Source: Octopus vulgaris (Eukaryota). Taken from it: a DNA stretch of 64,000 bases. This document shows, piece after piece, positions 23,921-37,554 of the stretch. Every line of letters begins with the position of its first letter. Within the stretch, counting starts at the first letter, position 1. The notes under the pieces were generated by a model. The model saw only the letters and a program-made list of their open reading frames with translations. It was not told the origin of the DNA and ran no database searches. Location of the stretch: assembly GCA_951406725.2 (NCBI GenBank), contig OX597830.1, positions 23,002,001-23,066,000 on the forward strand, read 5' to 3'. The translations under genes and the position numbers were made by a program.

Positions 23921-24671
23921 TTCTATATGTAGTACCACAAGTGGCATTAGGTAACACCATACCATATATATATATATATTTATTGAGAGATAGATGTGTG
24001 TATAATACAAACATGTGCACACCCATACACACAAACATATAAGTACAGGTTTTAGCATTTGGTCATTCTCTGGTCATGATGGGTCATTATGTACACACAC
24101 ACACACACACGCACACACATCCACACATGTACAAATATTTCCATACTCTTCTGTAAATATACTCTGGCAATAATTCTGCATAGATAACAGTCTCAATATT
24201 CCTGATTGGCAGAGAAGGTTGCTAAGTTCACACCTCCAATTTATGATCCCTTTTATATGTATATGTATATAAAACCTTGTCAATAGACCTGTAAGGTGGA
24301 AACTTATAGAAAACTGTTGACTAACACTTTCACCTCAGAGCTGTTGGTCTTGCATTTGAGATACTAGAATTGTCAGCATGTTAAGACAAAAATCCTAAGT
24401 GACATTTCTTCTGATTCTTTATGTTCTGAATCCAAATGCTACCAAGAGTGACTTTGCTTTTCAATCTTTTAGGATTGATAAAAATAGAGAACCAGTCAAG
24501 TACTGGGGCTGATGCAAATGGCTTGCCCTTCTTGTAAAAGTTGCAGGCCTTGGTGCCAAAATTAGAAAGCATTATTACGCTGAGCAAAATGCTGCTAAGC
24601 ATTTTGTCTGCTTTCAGATTCTGAGTTCAAATTTCACCGAGGTCATCTGTGCCTTTTATCTCTTCAGGGTT

Positions 24672-25077
24672 CTCTTTTACTCTTTTACTTTTTTCAGTCA
24701 TTTGATTGTGGCCATGCTGGAGCACCGCCTTTAGTCGAGCAAATCGACCCCAGGACTTATTCTTTGTAAGCCTAGTACTTATTCTATCGGTCTCTTTTGC
24801 CGAACCGCTAAGTTACAGGGATGCAAACACACCACCATCGGTTGTCAAGCGATGTTGGGGGGACAAACACAGACACACAAACATATACACACACATACAT
24901 ACATATATACATATATACGATGGGCTTCTTTCAGTTTCCGTCTACTAAATCCACTCACACGGCTTTGGTCAGCCTGAGGCTATAATAGAAGACACCAAGG
25001 TGTCACACAGTGGGACTAAACCCAGAACCATGTGGTCGGTAAGCAAGCTACTTACCACACAGCCATTCCTACGCCTA
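24672..25077 (-). mobile_element. SINE group A (CpG-rich, relatively young) inserted in a group B SINE
   Basis: Near-consensus sequence; group B sequence continues on both sides (24585-24670 and 25078-25170). Confidence 0.88.
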
Positions 25078-25909
25078 TAAAATAAAGTATGAGTCAAGTA
25101 CAGGAGTCAATGCAATTGACTTGCCCCTCTTCTAAAAGATGCTGGTCTTTGTGCTAAAATTAGAAAGAATTATTCATCATCATCATCATTTAGCATCTGC
25201 CTTCCATGCTGGCATGGGTTAGACATTTGACTGAAAACTGGTAAGCTAGGGAGCTGCACCAAGTTCCAGTCTGATTTGGCATGGTTTCTATGGTTGGACG
25301 CCCTTCCTAATGCCAACCACTCCAAGAGAGGAACGGGTGCTTTTTACATGCTGTTGGCATGGGTGCCAGGTACATGACACCAGCAATGGCCATGACCATG
25401 ATTTCACATGGCTTGATGAGCCTTCTCAAGCACAGCATATCGCCAAAGGTTTCAGCCACTTGTCATTGCTTCCATGAAGCCCAACGTTTGAAGATCATGC
25501 TTCACCACCGTGTCCCATGTCTTCCTGGATCTACCTCTTCTACAGATTCTCTCCACAGCTAGAGACTAGCATAATGCCAGACAAAATTTCTGCTTAAACA
25601 TTTTGTCTGTCTTCATGTTCTGAGTTCAAATTTTGTCCAGGTTAACTTTGCCTTTCATCCTTTCAGGTTTGATAGAATAAAGTACAAATAGTCGGGTTGA
25701 TACAATTGACTTGTCTCTCTCTCTTCTAAAAGTTTCTGGCCAAGGTGCCAAACTTAGAAAGAATTATTATGCCAGACAAAATGTTGCTAAGCATTTTGTC
25801 CACCTTCATGTTCAGAGTTCAAATTATGCTGAAGTCAACTTTGCCTTTCATCCTTTCAGAGTTGGTAAAGTAAGTACCAGACAAGTACTGTGATTGATGT
25901 AATCAACTT

Positions 25910-26127
25910 AAGGCGGCGAGCTGGCTGAAACGTTAGCACGCCGGGCGAAATGCGTAGCCGTATTTCGTCTGCCGTTACGTTCTGAGTTCAAATTCCGCCG
26001 AGGTTGACTTTGCCTTTCATCCTTTCGGGGACGATAAATAAAGTACCAGTTACACACTGGGGTCGATGTAATCGACTTAATCCGTTTGTCTGTCCTTGTT
26101 TAGCCCCTTGTGGGTAGTAAAGAAATA
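25910..26127 (+). mobile_element. Young group B SINE with 14-bp target-site duplication
   Basis: gatgtaatcaactt at 25896-25909 and 26128-26141; CpG-rich; A-rich tail; sits in an array of older group B copies (25570-26250). Confidence 0.92.
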
Positions 26128-26484
26128 GATGTAATCAACTTTCCACCCCCTTAAAAACTGCTGGTCCTCTGCCAGAATTTGAAACCATTATTATCAATAT
26201 TATTATTATTATTATTATTATTAACCAAGGTTAACTTTGCCTTTCATTATACTTATAAATGAGTGCCACTGTCATAAAAGCAGTGTCCCTCATTTCCAAA
26301 CTCCTGCATAAAACATGTCTGGCCATGGAGAATTATTACCTTGCATGGAAATTGGCAACAGGAAGAGCAACTAGCAGTAGAAAATCTGCTTGAACATATT
26401 CTTGTCTGATCCATGCCAGCATGGAAAAGTGTACGTTAAAACGATGATGAAATTGATGATAACGAGATTGTAGACGATGATGAG

Positions 26485-26842
26485 TTGCTTACTAGAGTTT
26501 GAATGCATACTAGTAAATACACCTGAACTGCCCCTAGATTATTACTGGTGTTTGAATTCATACCAGTGGATAACCCTTGAACTGCCCCTTGTGTATTACT
26601 GGAGTTTGAACATATATCAGAGAATACCCTAGGACTGACTGTAGTATATTGCTAAAGTTTGAACTTATATCAGAGAATACCCCTGGTATATTACTGGAGT
26701 TTGAACTCACAGTAATATATTACAAGAGCTTGAACTTATATCAGAGAATACCCATAAACTACCTCTGGTATATTACTGGAGTTTGAACTCACAGTAGTAT
26801 ATTACAAGAGCTTGAATTTATATCAGAGAATAGCTCTAAACT
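26485..26842. repeat. Minisatellite, ~43-bp unit (tattactggagtttgaacttatatcagagaatacccc...)
   Basis: About 8 degenerate units with alternating long and short variants. Confidence 0.85.
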
Positions 26843-28824
26843 ATAAGCTAGCAAGCTATTAGCTGCAGGTAGCTGCAATCCAAAAATTGCATTGAATGAA
26901 GTGGAAAGAAAATGTCTTTGATTTCATTTTAATAACAATGTTGCGAAGTTATAATTATTGATCTGCTAAAATCTATCAAATTATTATCTTGCTAGGAATG
27001 TATTGTTTATTTTTTTTTTCCATTTATTTCTTAGAGGTGTGATTTTTTTTTGAGAGAGAGAGAGAGAGAGAGTAGGGGTAGAGAAAGGAAGACTAATGGG
27101 GATATCATTTTTTTTTTAACACTTTTATTTTTTTCAACAGAAAGTTTTTAATAAACGATTAAATTATCATCACACATTATATCAAATTGAAGGTTATTAT
27201 TATTACAGTAAGTGCAATCAATTTCACTGATTGGCAGATATGGTACCGAAGTGTTTGATCCATGGAACTAAAGTTGCACTAGAGTAATTCTTATACTTGC
27301 ACTTAGATTCTGTTCATGCACACAAGCCACAAATTTAAGCAAAGACATGTACAGTAACTCAGGTGTCATAGCAACTGTCTGCAACAAATGGTCAAATAGG
27401 CATCACCATCCACAATAGTTGGTGCCACATTAAAAGCATTGGTGCTGGTGTCATATAAAAAGCACCCAGTGCACTCTGTGGAGTGGTTGGCATTAGGAAG
27501 GGCATCCAGCTGCAGAACTCATACCAGAACAGACAATGGAGCCTGGTGCAGCCCCTGGCCTTGTCAGCTCCCAGTCAAACTGTCCAACTCGTGCCAGCAT
27601 GGAAAATGGACATGCATACATACATAGGAGGGGTGCTAAAAAGTTACTGGCTTTGGGTAAAAGAAAATACAGGAGGATCAGTTAATTATGATTTTATTGA
27701 ACATATTCCCCTCTCAGATTCACACACTTATTGCAGTGGCTCTTCAGTTTATCTAAGCTCTATAAAAGAACTCAGAAGATTGGGCCTCCAACCAGCGATT
27801 TTTGTGGTACCCTTAAAGCCAGGAACTTTTCAGCACTCCCTCATGTATAGATATACACAAACACACATACATTACACATGCATGCACATACAGGCATAAT
27901 ACACACAAACACAAGCACATTCATACAAATAGTAGCCATTCTCCCTTGCATATAGACACACCTACCCACATACTCAAACACAATGATGCACACACATACA
28001 GATTCACACATACAAACACACATAACTAACGCTCATACACAAACACACACACAACATACTAACAGAAAAAGTATCACAGGGCAACCAGTCCTACTGCTCT
28101 GCTCTCCACCCCTCCCCCTTCACTCACATATAGTTAGATATTCCTCCCCCCTCCCCCTCACACACAATACTGGCAACTCATCCTATCTCTTTCTCTCAAT
28201 TCACAGAGAGATAACTACATACATACACACAAATACATGTCCACACAAACATAAATACATACACACACACATAAAGGCATGCACACATACTATTCTCACA
28301 AAGACACACACACAAACAAAGAGTATTGCTTATCCAGGTTCCTTCCATCCTCCTCTCTCACGTAGACATCCATTTTCATACACAAACACACACACACAAA
28401 TAAACACACATCTATCCCACCTTCAACACACACATAAACAGATACACACACACACACATCCCATCTACACAGGGCCAGCTGATGGCACTGGGAAGTCAGG
28501 CATCTGCTCACGGCATCCTATCACGTTTTAGGATCTTCGAAATAAAAAAAAAAAATTGAAGACAAAAAAAATTAAAACAATAATGAAAAAATAAAAATAA
28601 ATAAAACAAAACCTATATTTAATAAATTCGAATAAACACATCATTCCTGCATCTGTAGGGTTAATTCGTGAAAATTTTGAAAAAAAAAAAATTCTTGAAA
28701 GTCAAATTGCTTTGGGGCACCAACAACTTGAGAGCTGGCCCTGCATACACACACATATGCACTCCAAACATGCAAACAGACTTACATAAACACACAGAGA
28801 AATTAGTTGCACTTGTAGAGGCTC

Positions 28825-29302
28825 AGATTTAGCTGTGTGGTTAAGAAGTTTGCTTCCTAACCACAAGGTTTTAGGTTCAGTCCCATTACACATCCCCTTG
28901 GCTAGGTGCCTTCTGCAATAATTCTGGGCCAACCAATGCATTGTGAGACAATTTGGTAGATAGAAACTATGTGAAGGCACACTGTGCGTGTGTGTTTGTT
29001 GATGTATATTAGTGTGTGTGTGTGTGTGTGTTTATGTATATTAGTGTGTGTATGCGTGTGTGTGTGTGTTTATGTGTGTTTTGTGCCTATATAAGTGTGT
29101 ATGTGTGAGTGCTTGTCTTTGTGTTTGTACCGCCACTGCTTAGCAACTGGTGTCGGTTTGTTTATGTTCACATAGGTTATTGGTTTGACAAAATGAGCCT
29201 TATAGTATAAGTACTAAACAACTTGAAATAAGTACTGAAAACTATTTGAGGCAGTACTCCAGTATGGCCACAGTCAACGATGACAGCAAATAAAAGGATA
29301 AA
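28825..29302 (+). mobile_element. Old SINE group A
   Basis: gctgtgtggttaagaagtttgcttcc...ccagtatggccacagtc. Confidence 0.75.
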
Positions 29303-29316
29303 AGTGTAAGAAATGC

Positions 29317-29348
<32 letters not shown>

Positions 29349-29458
29349 CAACACACACTAATACAGGAGAGTTAAATATACATCCAAAACACACATATAC
29401 ACATTGTCAACATATATACATATATACATAGATACACTTCTAAAGACACACTAATATA

Positions 29459-29970
29459 GACACTGGAATTCGCATCATCAGTTTGGAACCCCTACCTTGC
29501 ACAGAACATTGACCTCCTGGAATCTGTCCAGAGACGTGCAACCAAACGCATACCCTCCATCAGACACCTACCATATTCTGAGCGCCTTGTTTCCCTGGGC
29601 ATGGATTCACTGAAGCTCCGGCGTTTGGCGACGGACTTGGTAAACACCCACAAAGTTATCAACCACCTCACCAACAACAACACTGAACACCTTTTTGATC
29701 TCCATGTGTCTAACACACGTGGACATGCCTACAAAGTCAGAAAACAATACAGCTCCCATGACTTTCGGTAACATTTTTTCACGCTCAGAGTTGCTGAAGC
29801 ATGGAATAAACTGCCTGCATCAGTTGTTGACTGCCATGACACTGCATCTTTTAAGGCCCTCATGCTTTCCGAAATCCGCCGAAACTACACCTGATTATAT
29901 ATACACTTTAGATGAGTTGTAGTGCACCTGAGCACTGTACACAATTATTATTATTATTATTATTATTATA
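29459..29970 (+). mobile_element. CR1-clade LINE 3' end with (ATT)n tail
   Basis: LEFASSVWNPYLAQNIDLLESVQRRATKRIPSIRHLPYSERLVSLGMDSLKLRRLATDL...NTRGHAYKV...FFTLRVAEAWNKLPASVV, one internal stop. Confidence 0.92.
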
Positions 29971-30430
29971 AATACACACAACATTCACATTACTAAGCTA
30001 CATATAAACACAACCAAATATAGATGCATAGACACACACTGATATATACACAAATACACTTCCACAAATAAAAACAACCAAATATACATGCAGACACACA
30101 CAGACATACACACAAATACACTTCTACACACACACACACAACCCAATATACATCCAGATACATACACAGACATACACACAAATACACTTCTACACACACA
30201 CATATACATCTACACACACACACACACACACACAACCAAATATACATCCAGACACATACAGACATACACACAAATACACTTCTACACACACACACTTGAA
30301 TATACATCTACACACACACACACACACACATACACAACCAAATATACATCCAGATACATACACACAAATACACTTCTATACACACACATACACTCGAATA
30401 TACATCCACTCACACACACACACACATACA
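29970..30430. repeat. AC-rich minisatellite (caaccaaatatacatccagacacatacagacatacacacaaatacacttctacac unit)
   Basis: About 6 copies of an approximately 60-bp unit. Confidence 0.8.
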
Positions 30431-31139
30431 TGCACATACAATCCCCAAACACATACACACGCCAAACATCTTAAGAATGAGAAAGCTGTAAAGTCTTAAG
30501 TGTTTAGTAATGAAGATTTGACAAAAAGCTTTGACAACTGTAAACAGCAAAAACATCACCGTCACACACACACACACACACGCACACACACACACACACA
30601 CACAATCTCTCTCTATCTCTGTGACTCTTTCTCTCCTACCTCTCCAGCTATCAAACTCTTTTAATCCATACTGCACTATTGCTGTTGTGACTGCACACGC
30701 TGTCTGCTGGCGATGGCGGCGGCAGAGGAGAAGACGTGCAGTTGCTGCAATTACTGCACTGAAGCAACATAATCACTGAATCATTCAAAAACCGCCTGCT
30801 GTGATACATCACATGCAGAACAACAACAACAACAGCAACAGCAACAATAACAACAAGCAAAATCAAACGAAACAAAATCAGACAAACAAAAAAAAACATA
30901 GACAACAGAAAAAAAAAACAGGTATGAGTGGAAGGAAACACCTAGATTTTGTATTGATTTCAGTGCAATGAGGGTTGCTGGTTGCACATATCAATGCACA
31001 GAGTTCACTGCAAGAGCCTACAAGGAAGTCTAAATCGTTTGATTGACCTGCTAGAAATAGCAACTAAATATCCCTCATATCACATTCTAGTGTTGAAAAA
31101 AAAAAAGAAAAATATGGAAGAACTATTGACTAATGGTAC

Positions 31140-32220
31140 AGATATGGTTGTGGGGTAAGAAGTTTGCTTCCCAACCACATGGTTTCAGGTTCAGTCTTAA
31201 TGCATGGCACCTATGGAAAGTGTCTTCTACTTCAATCTTGAGTCAACCAGAGCTTTCTGAGTGGATTTGGTAGATGGAAACTGAAAGAAACCCATCATCA
31301 TCATCGTTTAACATCTGCTTTCCATGCTAGAATTAGACGATATGACTGAGGACTGGTGAACCAGATGGCTGCATCAGGCTCTAATCTGATCTGGCAGAGT
31401 TTCCACAGCTAGATGCCCTTCCTAACGCCAACCACTCTGAGAGTGTAGTGGGTACTTTTACATGCCACTGGCACGAGGGCCAGTCTGGTGGTACTGGCAA
31501 CAGCCACGCTCAAATGGTGCTTTTTTACATGCCATTATATATATATATATATATATATATATTCTTTTATTTCTTTCAGTCATTTGACTGCAGCCATGCT
31601 GGAGCACCACCTTTAGTTGAACAAATCAACCCTATTGACTTATTCTGTGTAAGCCTAGTACTTATTCTATTGATCTCTTTTGCCGAACCACTAATTATGG
31701 GGATGCAAACCTGTAGAAATGAGTTGCAACATCACAGGTGCCAAGCTGTATCAGCTTTTGCTTTCCCTTGCATAACATCAGTGGTGTGGAGAGGGGAGGC
31801 CGGTATGCATGGGCGACTGCTGGCCTTCCATAAACAACGTTGCCCGGACTTGTGCCTGGGAGGGTAACTTTCTAGGTGCAATCCCATGGTCATTTATAAC
31901 CAAAGGGGGGGTCTCTTAAAGGGTTAAAGATTAGTGCTTACTCTATTGGCCTCCATTGCCAAACCACTAATTGATAGGGATGTAAACAAACCAACCTTGG
32001 CAGTCAAGCAGTGGAGGGAGGACAAACAAAAAGACACACACACACACATCCATGATGAGCTTCCACATAGTTTCTTTCTACCAAGTTCACTCACAAGGCA
32101 TTGGTCAACCCAGAGATATAATACGAGATACTTGCCCAAGGTTCTTCACAGTGGGACTGAACCTGAAACCACATGGTTGCAAAACGAGGTTCTTAACCAC
32201 ACAATTACACCTGTGCCTGT
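31140..32220. mobile_element. Nested cluster: SINE A 5' half(+), RTE 3'-UTR(-), SINE A 3' end(-), SINE C tail(+), SINE A(-)
   Basis: Each block matches other copies in the window. Confidence 0.75.
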
Positions 32221-32894
32221 GTTCTTCAATGTTTTTATTGGAAAAAAAAACAAACTTTCATAATGATATGATTATAACTAAAAGGTTTATCAATAAGTTC
32301 AATAGATTGATTTGCTATAGAATTATTTAGATAATTCAGTCAATAAAAGCTGAAGGCTCTCCAGTGTCAGGAGGAGTGTATCATTAATCTATTCATATGC
32401 TTTGTATACTGTGTATACTTTTTATTTCACTTCTGTCCTTCCATATTTGATTATATGTAAAACGCCCCACATTGTAACATTGTAGCCAGGTTTTGCAATG
32501 TCCCCTTCATTCAACACTCTTGTGGTATACAACTGAAATCATCACCGTTACTATTGGAATGGCAAAATAGTTAGAAAAGAAAGTGCTTTATGGTAGGTTC
32601 TGAGTTCAAATTCCACTGAGGTTAACTTTGATTTACGTTCTTTCAGGGATCTATAAGATAAGTACCAGTCGAGTACTGCAGTTGATAGAATCACCTTGTC
32701 CCCTTCCCGCAAAATTGCTGGAATTGTTCCAAAATTAGAACTTAAAAAGGTGGAGAGCTGGCAGAATTGTTAGTCTGTCAGACAAAATGTTTAGCAACAT
32801 TTCTTCTGGTTCAATTTGTTCTGGGTTCAAAACTCGCCAAGGTCAACTTTGCCTTTCATCCTCCCAGACTGACATACAGAACACCAGTCTAGAC

Positions 32895-33175
32895 CCGTGA
32901 TTCCCAAACTTTCTCAGGTTGCTACTCCCTTGACACCCAGGCTGCATTCCTAGCACCCACACCCCAACTAACCATCACAAACATAGACCTCTTTCTGAAG
33001 AAGATTCAAAGGAACTGTATTTTAAAAATAAAACTTAAACTAACGAACCCATTATTTTGTTATTTTTACATGAATCACTACTCCATAATCACCTACTTTT
33101 CTTCAATGCCCCATTGTAACTTTCCACTGCCCCCCCCCTACAAGGGGGCAATACCGTCCAGTTTGGGAACCACTG
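32895..33175. mobile_element. hAT/Charlie-type MITE with perfect 8-bp TSD
   Basis: GTCTAGAC | ccgtgattcccaaact ... agtttgggaaccactg | GTCTAGAC; NTCTAGAN is the typical Charlie target. Confidence 0.9.
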
Positions 33176-33540
33176 GTCTAGACCAATAGAATAGTAAAAT
33201 CTTTAGAGAATCAGTGAAGTTGTGATGGGAACTGCCTGGAGGTCCTCAGGAAGCTTTAATGAAGTCCACTCAGTTGCAGGGACTCTGCTTTGAGGATACC
33301 TTTCTCTCTCTGTCTAATACCATCACTTGGTCCTTGGGTGTCTTTAGCAGAGTCTACTTTATTTCAAGTCCTCCAAACAGGTCTTTGGTTTGAGGATACC
33401 TGAAAATGCCTTCCTTCTGTCAGCCTCGAAGGCTCTGGAAACATTAAGTGGTCAACAGTACGACTTCCTTTTTGATAAATCGATAAAACTGAAGTTTACT
33501 GGGAAAAGGGAGCATTGTAAGGACCTAACAGGATAATTAA

Positions 33541-34215
33541 CCCTTTAGCATTCAGATTACTCTGTTGAATGTAATGCTTTGAATTAATTGTGCATTACCT
33601 TGTAGCTTATACGTAATCAATGTTATTTCTTTAGGTATAAGTTTGAAAGCTGAGTTAACAGAGAGGTGTTACAACAAGATGAAATCTCCAAGGGGCTTAA
33701 GTGCACAAGCCTCCAATATCCAAGTGGCTAAAACATATCAGCAGAAGGGCTCCCAGGAGCCATGACCTGGATGCAGCCTGGCCTCTTTAGAGTGTAAGAA
33801 GTTAGGGGTCAAAACACCTGCCTCAATGGGGTTTCTTCTCTGAAGACTCCCTGCTGTTCAGCTCTCTTGTGAGTTTCTTACAACTAGCTTTGAGATTTTG
33901 ATGATGTCTATTGTTTATTTTTAGAATGACACTGTAGGGTAGGTAGAGAGGCTGGATCTGGCCAGTGTGAATATAGAACAGGTAGAATATTTGCGTTGAA
34001 AAGTTCCTGGCTTTGGAATAAAAGAAAATACCAGAAGATCTGTCAATTATTGAACATATTCCCCTTTCAGGTTCACACACTTATTACAGCAGTCCTTCAG
34101 TTTTTCTAAGTCCTGTAAAAGAACTCAGAAGGTTGAGCCTTTGCAATACCCCTTAAAGCCAGGAATTTTTCGGTATTTTCAGCACCCACTCGTAGATACT
34201 AAAATGCAAAAGGGG
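33541..34215 (+). mobile_element. piggyBac-like MITE with nested mariner MITE
   Basis: TTAA|CCCTTTAGCATT ... AATGCAAAAGGGG|TTAA. Confidence 0.7.
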
Positions 34216-35293
34216 TTAAGAACAAAACCTCTGAAAGGGCCAAAGAAACAATAGAAGCTTCTTCACAGAGAATCCAACAGCCAACCACCATACCTGGAGA
34301 AGAGGCAAGGACAGACACCAACCACCAGGATTATCAATCTGTCCATCGAATAACAATATGCCTTATCATGTACCTACAGCCATCTTCTTACTTTATAGAT
34401 TTTGGATCAGTAAGTAATTATCATGCGAAGTCTTTATCCTCTTCCTCCTCAATTTTGTAAATATTTAATTATAAGTATAATTATTATTCTCTTTCACTTC
34501 CTTCCTTGTTACCGCCACTGACACCACCACCACCACCACCACCGCCACCACCATTGATATTACAAATCACTAATAAGTCTTACTATGTACAAGTATGTAT
34601 GTATTATTATTTTTTTTTTGGCATATTAATATATAAACATGTGTTTGATTGTTGTTCTTGTCGCTCTTCTTCATCTCCATCATTATATCCAATTACTCAA
34701 ATATGTAACTACTACTACTACTACTACTACTGCCGCTGCTTTCACCTCCACTATCTTTATTCGCATTGTTATTACTATATCAATTATTACCGTCATCGCC
34801 GTCATCATCATCATCATCATCAAATACGCTAATAAATAAATTTCAAAGAAACTATTATAGTTCCTATTCTAATTACCCTCCCATTCTTCCTCCTCCACCC
34901 TCCTCATTGCCGTTATCATCATCATAATAATTATAATTATAACAGTAATTATTATTATTATTAGTGCCACGATCACAATGATGATGATGATGATGATCAT
35001 CATCATCATCATCATAATCATTACACTTTGGCGTTGGCAAAAATTTGTGGCCCTTTGCCAAATTTAGAAATCATCATCACCATCATCATCATCATATCCT
35101 CATCATTTCATTGTCTCCATCATCATCATCATCATCATTAGCAGCAACAGCTGTTGCATTATTCTCATCTTTGCTTTTTATGATTACTTTTTTATTTTAA
35201 TTATTGATATTTCACCATCATCATCATCAGCAGCAGCATCATCATCATAATATTTTCACAAAGAAACAAAAACTGTTGCTGTTATTATTATCA

Positions 35294-35331
<38 letters not shown>

Positions 35332-36802
35332 ACCATGGCTATTATCTTTTTTCTTTTTTTTTTTTTAATATGATATAATGCAAGAAGACGAATCAAGTAA
35401 AAATAAAGTCCAAATAGACCTGCTAATATGGAAGAAGAAAAAAAAAAACAACAGACTACAACAACAGCAGCAAAAGAGAAAAATAAAACCGAACAAAAAT
35501 AAATCATAATAATTCCAGTAAAAGAAACCAATAAAAGAGATTGCTACACATGGAAGATAATGGAATGCTTTCATGACATTAATTACTGGTTAGCACATTT
35601 TAAATGGACTTGAAAGCAAAAATGCTAGCTTACAGAGGAAACTTGTATTAATTGCTTCCAGTCTACTGAAATACACACACACACACACACATACCATATC
35701 AATGTGCATGTATATATATATATGTATTATTATTATAGACTAAATCAAGTGCTCTCGTTGGTTGATTGGTAAGACAGAGAGAGGGGGGGAAGGGGAGAGT
35801 GGGGGAGAGAGAGAGAGAAGTGGGGGGTGGTGGTGGTAGCAGAGAGGGTTATGGTGCACAGTCGAGTGCTGTGGTAGTTAAGCTGTCTGGTTTGTAATCA
35901 TATGGTACCATGTTCGATCTCCATCCCACCTCCCCACCTCACCCCACCCCACCAATGGTGGGCCAACTTTTGCTTTGTGAGTGAATTTGGTAGGTGGAAA
36001 CTGTGTGGAAGTCTATTGTGTGTGTGTGTATCTGATCCTTCTCCTACTCATCTTCATTTAACATCCTATTTACCATGCTGGCGGCATGGGTTGGATTAAA
36101 TGCACATGTGTGTGTGTGTGTGTATGCATGTCTGGATATATATATATATATATATATATATGCATGCATATGTATGTGTATATATGTATATGTGTGTCTT
36201 CTGTTTGTGTTTGTCCTTCCCACTCCACATCTTGGCAACTGGTGTTGGTTTGTTTATGCCCCCCATAACTTAGCAGTTCAGTGAAAGAGAGTGACAGACG
36301 AAGTGCCGAGCTTAAAAAGAAGTACCAGGGTCAATTTGTTCGTTTAAATCCTTCGAGGTGGTGCTCCAGCATGGCCACAGTCCAATGACTGAAGCAGTAT
36401 AGAATGAAACGTCCTGTTGAACCCTTTAACATTCAGATTAATTATTCTGCCAAATGAGATGCTAATTTATTCACATTGTTTTGAATTAATCATGCATCAT
36501 GTAATTCACTCACAGCTTCAAGATTTTGATGATGTCATTGCTTATTTTTAGAAAGGCATTGTAGGGTGGACATGAGATGTTGGATCTGGCCAGTTTGAAC
36601 ACAGTACATGTAAAATATTTTGGCTGGATATCGGCTGGTTTAAATGCTAAAAAGTTAAGACCTCAACACTCAAGTTGGGCTGAGAATTTAACTTGTACCC
36701 TAACAGGTTTGAGTCCAACACCCTTATCGGCAGAACACATGTTGTGTCCGAGTAAGGCATTAAATAAAAAAAAGAACACAGCTATTGATAGGAAACACAG
36801 TA

Positions 36803-37361
36803 TGCAATGTAATTACCAATTCGAATATGCCAGTGGCACATTCAAATATGAAAGCAAGCCATTCTTTGTTTTGTCACGTAGAAAATTCCTCGCCATAGAC
36901 AAATGGTGTAATGGTGTAATTTAAAGACTGATAGAATAAGTACCAGGCTTTCATCATCATCATTATTTAACATCCGTTTTCCATGCTAGCATGGGTTGGA
37001 CAATTTGACCCAGGTCTGGGAAGCCAGGAGGCTGCACCAGGCTCCAGTCTGATCTGGCAGTGTTTCTACAGCTGGATGCCCTTCCTAACGCCAACCACTC
37101 CGTGAGTGTAGTGGGTGCTTTTTACATGCCACTGGCTTTAAAAAAAATGTCCTGGGGTCGATTCATTTGATGAAAAATTCTTCAAGGCAGTGTTTCAATA
37201 TGGCTGCAGTCTAATGATTGAAACAAGTGAAAATTTCTTGCTGTAGACAAATGGTGTAATTCTTTCTACAGCGAGAAATTTTCTCTGTGATAAAATGGGA
37301 ATGACTTGTTTACAAGTTTGAATACGCCACTGGCATATTCAAAACTGGTAATTACAATGCA
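36803..37361. mobile_element. Palindromic (foldback) MITE interrupted by SINE A tail and RTE 3'-UTR
   Basis: 36803-36899 is the imperfect reverse complement of 37265-37361. Confidence 0.65.
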
Positions 37362-37554
37362 TTTATACACATCATTGCTTAATTCTCCCACCCCGTAATA
37401 ATAGAAGACATAGTAGTTAGTCAACCTTAGATGTAAAAGTAACAGAAGAAATGAGATAAAACCTATTGCAATCGGTAGTTAGGTGTTTCATGAGCCCAAG
37501 GACACATAAGCCTGGAGCTTTCTGGTACTCACTCCATCAGCTGTGGTGATAAGT

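Noticed and set aside
26485-26842. CRISPR-like periodicity (also 61990-62465)
   Set aside because: Spacers are homologous to each other, context is eukaryotic, no cas genes.
27270-27378. Minus-strand frame TVAMTPELLYMSLLKFVACVHEQNL after ttgttgcAG
   Set aside because: No convincing donor before the stop and no clear similarity to the xylosyltransferase stem region.
28471-28531. GPADGTGKS, a P-loop-like peptide at the end of ORF 27983-28531
   Set aside because: Stop follows after 10 codons; the rest of the ORF is CA-repeat.
33298-33399. Minus-strand AG...GT bounded candidate for the upstream xylosyltransferase exon
   Set aside because: Stops in all three frames.
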